Part shown: one piece after another, positions 23,979 to 31,588 of the stretch
Layout: the number at the start of each line of letters is the position of its first letter
Numbering within the stretch: position 1 is the first letter of the stretch
Source of the DNA: Candidatus Limnocylindrales bacterium
GTDB lineage: Bacteria > Chloroflexota > Limnocylindria > Limnocylindrales > CSP1-4
Assembly: GCA_036520795.1 (NCBI GenBank)
Contig: DATDJA010000089.1
Location: forward strand, 1 to 34,154
Length of the DNA: 34,154 nucleotides
Direction of reading: 5' to 3'
Program-made: the position numbers and the translations under genes
Notes under the pieces: generated by a model
Databases searched by the model: none
Told to the model about the DNA's origin: nothing
Seen by the model: the letters and a program-made list of their open reading frames with translations, nothing else

Positions 23979-25040
23979 ATGACCGACGACACCCGGACGA
24001 TCTGCAAGCGCTGCGGATTCACGAACATCCCGGGCGATCAGTTCTGCGGCTCCTGCGGCACGTTCCTCGAGTGGGACGGGGTGCCCGCGGAGGGTGCCAC
24101 CACCGCCGTCGACGCCGCCCCGCCGCCCGACCCGCAGCCGAGCGCCCCCGTGGCGGCGCCCCCGCCCGACGACCAGGCGGGCTACGGCGACCTCGTCCGC
24201 TGCCCCGCCTGCGGGACGGCCAACGCGTCGAGCCGCACGTTCTGCCAGTCGTGCGGCGCCACCCTGGCGGCCGCGGAGCGCGTCGAGGCGGCGTCCCCGG
24301 AGCAGATCGCGCAGGCGGTCGCCTGGACGTCGGCGCCCGGCACCAAGGCCGGCCCGACCACGAAAACAGCCGGCGGGGACGCGTCGTCGGGGTCCCGCGG
24401 CATCCCGAGCTGGATCGTCTGGGTGGGCGTGATCGGCGTGCTCGTCGGGGTCGCGATCGTGCTCGGTGGCCTGGCGCTGCGGGGCGAGAACCCGGGCACC
24501 GGCGCGACGGGGAGCGTGCGTCCATCGGGGCCGGCGTCCAGCGATGGGCCGGGGTCGAGCGGCCCGGGCGACTCCACCGCGCCCGGCACGGCCGTACCCA
24601 TCCCGTTGTCGGAGGCCGAGGCGTCGTCGACCGTGGCGGCGAAGTTCCAGGCGAACAAGGCCATCGACGGTGACCCGGACACCAGCTGGCAGGAGGGCAA
24701 GGGCCAGGAGAAGGGCGAATGGATCGAGGTGACCTTCGATTCGTCCCGCGCCGACACGTTGCTCATCCGGAACGGCTACGGCGCCTCGCAGGCGCTGTTC
24801 AAGGGCAACCGGCGGCTCAAGGACGTCGAGGTCTCGGTCAACGGCGGGGCGCCCATCGCGGTCCGGCTCAAGGACGTGATCAAGGAGCAGGAGGTCGACC
24901 TCGGCGGCGTGTCGGGCGCGACATCAGTCCGGATCACGATCGTGTCGACCTACCCGGGGCAGAAGACCTCGGTCGCCGACACGCCCTTCGACGATGCCGC
25001 GGTGAGCGAGATCTCCGTGCTCGGCGTGCCGGGCGGCTGA
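23979..25040 (+). CDS. Double zinc-ribbon / single TM / discoidin (F5/8 type C)-like domain protein
   Basis: The zinc ribbons are CKRCGFTNIPGDQFCGSCG and CPACGTANASSRTFCQSCG. The TM helix is IPSWIVWVGVIGVLVGVAIVLGGLAL. The C-terminal domain includes FQANKAIDGDPDTSWQEGKGQEKGEWIEVTF...VSEISVLG. Confidence 0.82.
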   Translation: MTDDTRTICKRCGFTNIPGDQFCGSCGTFLEWDGVPAEGATTAVDAAPPPDPQPSAPVAAPPPDDQAGYGDLVRCPACGTANASSRTFCQSCGATLAAAERVEAASPEQIAQAVAWTSAPGTKAGPTTKTAGGDASSGSRGIPSWIVWVGVIGVLVGVAIVLGGLALRGENPGTGATGSVRPSGPASSDGPGSSGPGDSTAPGTAVPIPLSEAEASSTVAAKFQANKAIDGDPDTSWQEGKGQEKGEWIEVTFDSSRADTLLIRNGYGASQALFKGNRRLKDVEVSVNGGAPIAVRLKDVIKEQEVDLGGVSGATSVRITIVSTYPGQKTSVADTPFDDAAVSEISVLGVPGG

Positions 25041-25050
25041 GGGGAGCCGC

Positions 25051-26553
25051 GTGAGCGCGTTGGGGGCCGGAGTCGGCAAGGCCGTCGGGGGACTCGGCGG
25101 GCCGCAGATCGCCGCGATCGTGGTCGCGGGCGGCCTCCTGGTCGGCGCCATCGGGGGTGGGCTGGCCGGCGGCGGCGGATCGGGCCAGCAGGGGACGACG
25201 CAGGCCACGCTGTCGATCTACCCCTGTCCGGACTCGGGGCCGGCGCTCGCCACCGTCGGCTCGGGCCAGAAGTTCCTGGTCACCGGCAAGAACGCCGACG
25301 CCAGCTGGGCGCGCATCTACTACCCACTGCCCGGACGTACGGAGGCCTGGGTTCCGTCGGGCCCGCTCCAGGTCGACGGCTCGCTCGATGCGCAGCCGGT
25401 CGTGCCCTGCGCGCCGGTCGTCGCCGGCCCCGGCGCGTCGGTGGAGCCGAGCTCCAGCCTCACGGCCGTCGGGAACAACAGTCCCTCGCCGGGCCCTACG
25501 GCGGAGCCGACCATCACGCCGTCCGACAGCGGCCCGACCCTCGCCCGCTTCGACTTCGGCACGAGGATCGCCGGCGGTCCGCAGCGCTACTGCGAGCGGA
25601 CGCCGCGCTCGATCACCGTCAGCGTGCGGGCGACGGATGCCAACGACGTCGCCAGCGTCGTCCTGGCCTACCGCAAGCCGGGCGCCGCAGACTTTGCGAC
25701 CAAGCCGATGGTGCGCGTCGGCGGGAGCGACACCTGGCGCACGTCCCTGGCCACCGACGCAAACGGCATCACCGGGCCTGGCAGCCTGCGCCTCTACGTG
25801 AGCGCCACGGACCGCGACCCGACGCCGCACACCTCGCGGCTCCCGGCGCGCTCGATCGATGTCGTCGCGTGCGCAAACACCGGTCCCACGCTGGCCTCGC
25901 TGCGGGCCGCGCCGGGAACCGTGTCGACGAACCTCGCCGCGTGCCAGTCCAAGCCGAAGGCGACCGCGATCTCCGTTGAAGCGACCGACGTCGACGGCGT
26001 GGACGGCGCGACGCTCCACTACCGGCTGCCGGGCGACAACGCGTATCGCGACGCCAAGATGACGAAGAACGGGAACCGGTGGCGGACGACCGTGACGCCT
26101 GTCGACCAGCGGCCGAACGCGGACGGCAAGGCGTCGTACTACGTCACGAGCGACGACGACCTCGGCGAGTCTTCGAGGTCGGCCACGCAGACCTTCACGG
26201 TCAACCGCTGCAACTTCCCCGCCGCGATCCGCTACTCCGACAGCACCGGGACGCCGTTCTGCCCGCAGCGCACGACGCGCTTCTTCTACCTCGCCAACGA
26301 TCGGGACGGGCTCACCGCCTCGAGCGCGACGTTCGTCTACAAGTACCGGCTCGCCAGCGGCAAGATGAAGACGGCGAAGGTCAAGATGTCGGGCCAGGAC
26401 CAGGGCGGCAACTGGTTCTACACGGTCGACATCGTGCCGACCGCGAAGTGGGCGCTCGACGGGTCCATCGTGACGTTCCACGTCCAGACGAAGGACCGCT
26501 TCGGCGGCATCTCCAACGGCGGCAACTCCAAGACGACGCAGAGCTGCCCGTGA
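25051..26553 (+). CDS. Membrane-anchored SH3b-like domain protein with three Cys-initiated Ig-like repeats
   Basis: GTG start after GGGGAG. The TM helix is IAAIVVAGGLLVGAIGGGLA. The SH3b-like segment is ATVGSGQKFLVTGKNADASWARIYYPLPGRTEAWVPSGPLQV. Three ~90-100-aa repeats begin at CERTPRS, CQSKPKA and CPQRTTR. Confidence 0.78.
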   Translation: MSALGAGVGKAVGGLGGPQIAAIVVAGGLLVGAIGGGLAGGGGSGQQGTTQATLSIYPCPDSGPALATVGSGQKFLVTGKNADASWARIYYPLPGRTEAWVPSGPLQVDGSLDAQPVVPCAPVVAGPGASVEPSSSLTAVGNNSPSPGPTAEPTITPSDSGPTLARFDFGTRIAGGPQRYCERTPRSITVSVRATDANDVASVVLAYRKPGAADFATKPMVRVGGSDTWRTSLATDANGITGPGSLRLYVSATDRDPTPHTSRLPARSIDVVACANTGPTLASLRAAPGTVSTNLAACQSKPKATAISVEATDVDGVDGATLHYRLPGDNAYRDAKMTKNGNRWRTTVTPVDQRPNADGKASYYVTSDDDLGESSRSATQTFTVNRCNFPAAIRYSDSTGTPFCPQRTTRFFYLANDRDGLTASSATFVYKYRLASGKMKTAKVKMSGQDQGGNWFYTVDIVPTAKWALDGSIVTFHVQTKDRFGGISNGGNSKTTQSCP

Positions 26554-28490
26554 CCAAGGTCGTCGCGTTCCTGCCCAAGCTCGCGGTGTTCGGCGTCATG
26601 GTCGTCGTCGGCTTCATCGTCAGCTCAGCCGTCGTCCAGGCCTTCCAGGACCGCTCGCCCCGGTCGGCGACGACCGAGGTGCCCGACTACCTGCTCGCCG
26701 GCGCCCCCGACACGCCCGGCGCCTCCGCCGAGCCCATCGCCTTCAACGTCGAGCCATCGGGCTCGCCCGAGACCCTCGAGTCGCTCGCCCCTGCCGACCT
26801 GACCGCCGCCGCCGACACCGTCCTCGGCGCCGAGCCGGCTGTCTACAAGAACCCGTCGGGATTCCCGCGCATCCCGCCGATCTCGCAGTTCGACGGCGGA
26901 CCGTTCCAGGGCGCCAATTGCACGCTCACCTCGGGCGCGATGCTGGCCCGCCTCGGCTACGGCGTCGTCACCTCCGGCACGACCCTCCGCGGCCTCCAGG
27001 ACGACCAGGAGGGCGGCACGGACCTCAACGACCTCAACCAGGCGCTGTGGCGCGGCTACGGCGTGAGCTTCCCGACCGGCTACCTGCGCCCGGAGCAGCT
27101 CAAGAACCTCCTCGCGAAGGGCTACGGCACCGTCATCCAGGGCGACTACTCGAAGATCCCGCGCGCGCTGCGCCTGCAGAAGGACTTCCTCGGCGGGCAC
27201 GCGATCTTCCTCGACGGCTACTACCCGGGCAACCCGGCCAAGGACATCCCGGAGGCCTACTACGTGATCGACCCGCTCGGCCGGCCGCACTCGGGCTACG
27301 AGGGCGACTGGTGGCCGGCGTCGGTCGTCGACGACTTCGGTACCGCCTTCGGCGGCGGCGATCACATCCCGGCGATGTGGGCGTATCCGCCGGGCGGCGT
27401 CCCGCCCGAGGTGGTCGGTCCGGACGTGCTGCCGATCCCGCACGGCGGTGGCGGCGGTGGCGGTGGCGCCACCCCGGAACCCGGCGTGACACCGGATCCC
27501 GGCGAAAGCGCGTCCCCGTCGGTCCCGCCGGTCATCGAGCCCGGTGACCTGCCGCCGGTCACCCCGTCCGGCGACACGCCGCTCGACGGCGGCCCATTCC
27601 TCGGTGTCTTCGACCTGTTGCCGGTTCTCGAGATCTGCCTCGGCGACCCGCCGCCACCCGGCTGTCCGACGGGGGTCGAGGCGACCTTCCAATATGCCCC
27701 GGTCACCGTCCTCGAGATCCCACCAGGGCCCACGGTCACGGTGGTGTTCGTCGACTCCGATCGGCCCAACATCGCGATCGTCGGCTTCACGGTCGATCCA
27801 CCGACGCCGGCGACGGTCCACTACTGGCAGCACGACGGCACGCCGGCGAGCGTGCTGGGCCCATCCGCGATGTCGTCGATGACGCTGTTCGGCACGACCA
27901 TCCAGCTCGCGGAGCTCGACGTGCTCGCGTCAACGACGTACGACTTCCAGGCGACCGCGGGCGGCGGCCTGTCCGTCGGCAGCAGCCCGGTCGGCCAGTT
28001 CACGACCGGCAACGGCGTCGAACAGTTCAACGTGGCGCTGGCGCAGGTCGACGCGCCCGTGTTCCAGCTCGAGGCGGGGCTGTCGCCGTACCTCCACCTG
28101 GCGCCCGAGGCGTTCGCGCAGCCGCTCGTCCAGCTCGCCGACATCGGCGGCTCGTCGTGCGACGACGAGATCGCGTTCGGTGGCGTCGGCTATTGCGCGG
28201 ACCTGGACATCGTTCCCGCCGCAGACCCCGGCTGCACGCAGGCGGCGGTCACGTACGCCCTGTCCGGGATCGACGCCGACAGCGTCGTCGTCCGTGCGTT
28301 CCCGACAGAGGAGGGCACGACGCCCGACGGCGACGTGAGCCTCGAGGGCGTGCTGGAGGCCGGCGGCCCCGCGCCGTCGGGCGAGGTCGGGGTCGGCTGC
28401 CTGGCGTCGGGGCTGAGCTACCACATCGTGCTCGACGCGGTCGGCGACGACCGCGGAATCCTCGCCTCGGCGGACGTGAGCGTTCCCTAG
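26550..28490 (+). CDS. Membrane-anchored papain-like cysteine peptidase-fold protein with Gly/Pro linker and C-terminal beta-rich region
   Basis: GTG 26550 overlaps the upstream TGA (GTGA). The TM helix is LAVFGVMVVVGFIVSSAVV. The candidate catalytic residues are Q-x3-C (FQGANCTLTSGAM, Cys codon 26919..26921), His (FLGGHAIFLDGYY, 27198..27200) and Asp (YVIDPLG). The track ORF start at 26079 is a shadow extension into the previous gene. Confidence 0.7.
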   Translation: MTKVVAFLPKLAVFGVMVVVGFIVSSAVVQAFQDRSPRSATTEVPDYLLAGAPDTPGASAEPIAFNVEPSGSPETLESLAPADLTAAADTVLGAEPAVYKNPSGFPRIPPISQFDGGPFQGANCTLTSGAMLARLGYGVVTSGTTLRGLQDDQEGGTDLNDLNQALWRGYGVSFPTGYLRPEQLKNLLAKGYGTVIQGDYSKIPRALRLQKDFLGGHAIFLDGYYPGNPAKDIPEAYYVIDPLGRPHSGYEGDWWPASVVDDFGTAFGGGDHIPAMWAYPPGGVPPEVVGPDVLPIPHGGGGGGGGATPEPGVTPDPGESASPSVPPVIEPGDLPPVTPSGDTPLDGGPFLGVFDLLPVLEICLGDPPPPGCPTGVEATFQYAPVTVLEIPPGPTVTVVFVDSDRPNIAIVGFTVDPPTPATVHYWQHDGTPASVLGPSAMSSMTLFGTTIQLAELDVLASTTYDFQATAGGGLSVGSSPVGQFTTGNGVEQFNVALAQVDAPVFQLEAGLSPYLHLAPEAFAQPLVQLADIGGSSCDDEIAFGGVGYCADLDIVPAADPGCTQAAVTYALSGIDADSVVVRAFPTEEGTTPDGDVSLEGVLEAGGPAPSGEVGVGCLASGLSYHIVLDAVGDDRGILASADVSVP

Positions 28491-28508
28491 CCGGGGTAGG
28501 ATCGGGGC

Positions 28509-29867
28509 ATGGTTGCCCACCGGCATCGCGTGGTCATCATCGGCGGCGGCTTCGCCGGCCTGTACGCGACGAAGAACCTCGGCAAGGCCCAGGACCTGGT
28601 CGACGTCACGCTGATCGACCGGCGCAACCACCACCTGTTCCAGCCGATGCTCTACCAGGTCGCGACGGGAGCCCTGTCGCCGGGCGAGATCGCGCAGCCG
28701 CTGCGCTCGATCTTCCGCCGCCTGCGGAACACCACGGTGCTGCTGGGGGAGGCGGTCGACATCGACGCCGAGGCGCGCGAGGTCCGGCTGTCCGACGGGG
28801 GCCCCCTGCCGTACGACACGCTGATCGTCGCGACCGGCGCCCACCACGCCTACTTCGGGCACGACGACTGGGCCCCCTACGCCCAGGGCCTCAAGACCAT
28901 CGACGACGCCATCGAGGTCCGACGGCGGATCCTGATCGCGTTCGAGGCCGCCGAGCGCGAGGCCGACCGCGCGCAGCGCAAGGCACAGATGACGTTCGTG
29001 CTGGTGGGTGGCGGGCCGACGGGCGTCGAGCTAGCCGGGGCTTTGGGCGAGATCAAGAACGACACCCTGCGCAACGACTTCCGCTCGATCCGGCCGCGTG
29101 ACGCCACGATCCTGCTCGTGGAGGCGATGGACCGCCTCCTGCCGACCTACCCGCCCGATCGCTCCGCCTCCGCCCGCCGGCAGCTCGAACGGCTCGGGGT
29201 CACCGTTCGGACGAGCACCCGGGTCATCGACGTGAACGATCACTCCGTTCGTGTTGTCACCGAGTCGGGCGCCGAAGAGGTGATCGAGGCGCGGACGGTG
29301 CTCTGGGCGGCGGGCGTGCTGGCGTCGTCGTTCGGGCGCAAGGTCGCGGCGGCGACCGGCGCCGAGACCGACCGCAGCGGGCGCATCCGCGTGCTGCCGG
29401 ACCTGACGATCCCAGGGCACCCGGAGATCTTCGCGGTGGGCGATGCCGCGATCCAGCCGTGGAAGCCCGACCGGCCCACGCCGGGCGTCGCCCAGGGCGG
29501 CATCCAGGGCGGGACGTACGCCGCGAAGACCATCCTTGCCCGCCTGCGCGGCCAGCCGACGAAGCCGTACCGGTACAGCAACCACGGCGACGTGGCGGTG
29601 ATCGGGCGGCTCGCGGGGGTGACCGACATCCCGTGGATGGGCCCGTTTGGGCGCCAGGGCGGGTTCACCGCCTGGCTGCTGTGGCTGGGGATCCACATCG
29701 TGTACCTGATCGGCTTCGCGAACCGGATCGTCGTCACCACCCGCTGGGCGTTCTCGTTCCTGACCCGCGGGCGCTCGACGCGGCTGATTACCGGACAGCC
29801 GCTGGTGCCCCACATCGAGGAGCCGCTCGCGGTCGACACGGAGGACCGAGAGGCCGAGCGGGTCTAG
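28509..29867 (+). CDS. ndh: Type II NADH:quinone oxidoreductase (NDH-2)
   Basis: VVIIGGGFAGLYATKNL...LIDRRNHHLFQPMLYQVATGALSPGEIAQPLR. The second dinucleotide fold is FVLVGGGPTGVELAGAL. GDAA is followed by a C-terminal membrane-association helix. Confidence 0.93.
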   Translation: MVAHRHRVVIIGGGFAGLYATKNLGKAQDLVDVTLIDRRNHHLFQPMLYQVATGALSPGEIAQPLRSIFRRLRNTTVLLGEAVDIDAEAREVRLSDGGPLPYDTLIVATGAHHAYFGHDDWAPYAQGLKTIDDAIEVRRRILIAFEAAEREADRAQRKAQMTFVLVGGGPTGVELAGALGEIKNDTLRNDFRSIRPRDATILLVEAMDRLLPTYPPDRSASARRQLERLGVTVRTSTRVIDVNDHSVRVVTESGAEEVIEARTVLWAAGVLASSFGRKVAAATGAETDRSGRIRVLPDLTIPGHPEIFAVGDAAIQPWKPDRPTPGVAQGGIQGGTYAAKTILARLRGQPTKPYRYSNHGDVAVIGRLAGVTDIPWMGPFGRQGGFTAWLLWLGIHIVYLIGFANRIVVTTRWAFSFLTRGRSTRLITGQPLVPHIEEPLAVDTEDREAERV

Positions 29868-31273
29868 GCCGCCTTGCCCCGGTTCGCCGCGACGATCCCG
29901 GCGAGGCGCGCAACCCCGGCCTCGATCGCCGGCTCCGCGATCACCCCGTAGCCGAAGATCAGGCCGTCAGGGCCGGGCGCGATGCGGCGCGTCGCCAGGC
30001 TGCCTACTGCGATGCCGGAGGCAAGGGCCTCGGCAACCACACCTGCCTCGTCGACGTCGCCGGGCAGCCAGGCGAGGACGTGCAGGCCTGCCGCCGCCCC
30101 AACGGGACGGACGTCGGGCAGGTGCCGGGCAAGGGCCGCAAGGAGCGCGTCCCGCCGGCCTCGATAGATCGCCCGCATCCGGCGCAGGTGATGGTCCAGC
30201 TCGCCACGCTCGAGGATGTCGGCGAACGCCAGCTGGTCGAGGGCCGCGGAGCCCATGTCGGCGGCCTGCTTCGCCTCGATCAGCCGGTCCGTGAGGTGAG
30301 GCGGGGAGACGAGCCAACCGAGGCGCAGGCCCGGAGCCAGCATCTTGCTCGCGGTTCCCGCGTAGACCACGTTGTCGCGGTTGAGTCCCTGGATGGCGCC
30401 GATCGGCTCGCGGTCGTAGCGGAACTCGGCGTCGTAGTCGTCCTCGATGATCAGCGCGCCGCGGCGGACGGCCCAGTCGACGAGGGCGGCGCGACGCTCG
30501 GGAGGGAGGACGGCGCCGGTCGGGTACTGGTGGGCGGCGGTGACGACGATGCCGTCGACGTCGAGACCGTCGAGCAGGTCCACCCGTACCCCGCGCTCGT
30601 CGACCGGCACGCCGACCGAGTCCAGCCCCGCTCGTGCAAGCGTGGTGCGGTACTCGGGGTCCGACGGGTCCTCGACGGCGATCCGGCGCGCGCCGGCGGC
30701 ACGCATCGCGCGCGCGGTCAGGGCGAGCCCCTGGGCGAACCCCGCGCAGATCACGACGTCGGCCGGATCGGCGCAGGCGCCACGGGCGCGGTTCAGGTAC
30801 GTGGCGAGCGCGACGCGCAGCTCCGGGATACCGTGGCCGTTGAGGTAGGTGAGCCGCTCGCTCGGGGCGTCGGTCAGGACGCGACGCAGGCTGCGCAGCC
30901 AGGCGGCCCGCGGGAACTCGGCGACGTCCGGGCGGCCGGGGCGGAAGTCGAACTCGATGGTCGGGGGCTGGAGGACCGGGCGGTAGACCTCGGTGACCGT
31001 CGCGTTGCGGGCGACGCGCGTCGCGCCGCCCGGCGTGCTGGCGAGGTAGCCCTCGGCGGTCAGCTGCGCGTAGGCCTCGACGACGATGCCGCGCGACACG
31101 CCCAGCTGGGCGGCGAGCCCGCGGGTCGAGGGGAGGGCGGTCGTGGCTGGAAGGCGGCCGTCGCGGATGGCCTCGCGGAGCGCCTGCTCGAGCTGGTGGT
31201 GGAGCGCGTGCGGGTGGTCGCGATCCAGGATCACGAGCAGCTCGAGGTTGGAACTGGTCCTCGTTCTTGCCAT
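29864..31273 (-). CDS. MocR/PdxR-type GntR-family regulator with PLP aminotransferase-like domain
   Basis: The N-terminal winged HTH is LHHQLEQALREAIRDGRLPATTALPSTRGLAAQLGVSRGIVVEAYAQLTAEGYL. A large aminotransferase class I/II-like C-terminal domain follows (YPTGAVLPPERRAALVDWAVRRGALIIEDDYDAEFRY...GTASKMLAPGLRLGW). Confidence 0.9.
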   Translation of the reverse strand: MARTRTSSNLELLVILDRDHPHALHHQLEQALREAIRDGRLPATTALPSTRGLAAQLGVSRGIVVEAYAQLTAEGYLASTPGGATRVARNATVTEVYRPVLQPPTIEFDFRPGRPDVAEFPRAAWLRSLRRVLTDAPSERLTYLNGHGIPELRVALATYLNRARGACADPADVVICAGFAQGLALTARAMRAAGARRIAVEDPSDPEYRTTLARAGLDSVGVPVDERGVRVDLLDGLDVDGIVVTAAHQYPTGAVLPPERRAALVDWAVRRGALIIEDDYDAEFRYDREPIGAIQGLNRDNVVYAGTASKMLAPGLRLGWLVSPPHLTDRLIEAKQAADMGSAALDQLAFADILERGELDHHLRRMRAIYRGRRDALLAALARHLPDVRPVGAAAGLHVLAWLPGDVDEAGVVAEALASGIAVGSLATRRIAPGPDGLIFGYGVIAEPAIEAGVARLAGIVAANRGKAA

Positions 31274-31276
31274 TGA

Positions 31277-31300
31277 ACCGGACCTTATCAGAGGTCCGGT
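31277..31300. promoter_or_regulatory. 8-bp perfect inverted repeat ACCGGACC-N8-GGTCCGGT next to the MocR-type gene start (candidate operator)
   Basis: Read directly: 31277..31284 is the reverse complement of 31293..31300. GAGGTCCG occurs at 31291..31298 and again at 31343..31350, 52 bp apart. Confidence 0.45.
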
Positions 31301-31352
31301 CCTGCGTCACGATGCATCCATCAGCTCGAACCCAGCAACCTGGAGGTCCGAC

Positions 31353-31499
31353 GTGGACAGCCTCTTCGCCATCCTCTCGTTCGCCGCCCTGTTCGCCATC
31401 TTCGGAACCATCGCCGCGATCGTCGGCGAGGACTCGCGCGACGGCTTCGGCGAGCATCCGTCCGTCCGGTACCTGACCCTGAATCCGCGACACCGCTAG
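31353..31499 (+). CDS. Small (48 aa) single-TM protein, divergent from the MocR-type regulator
   Basis: GTG at 31353 lies 6 nt after GGAGG (31342..31346). The product is VDSLFAILSFAALFAIFGTIAAIVGEDSRDGFGEHPSVRYLTLNPRHR. Third codon positions are strongly G/C. It is the tail of track ORF 31086..31499, whose upstream part overlaps the regulator gene. Confidence 0.55.
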   Translation: MDSLFAILSFAALFAIFGTIAAIVGEDSRDGFGEHPSVRYLTLNPRHR

Positions 31500-31588
31500 C
31501 CGGCGTCCGACCTCGTGGCGGGTGACGCGCTGACGCTCGATCGCGAGCGAGCCCGAAACCGTCCTGCTGGCCGCGCTAGGCTGCCGGC

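Noticed and set aside
27444-27467. A (GGC/GGT)8 run encoding eight glycines in P5, as a possible slippage-prone simple repeat or phase-variation site.
   Set aside because: The repeat unit is a codon, so slippage would be in frame and only change linker length. The run is short and interrupted by GGT/GGC alternation.
29864-29867. Convergent ndh and MocR-type genes share overlapping stop codons in a CTAG palindrome. Similarly tight convergent junctions occur at 14088/14096 and 19788/19799.
   Set aside because: No stem-loop can fit in gaps of 0-10 nt. These look like incidental compact gene packing rather than bidirectional terminators.
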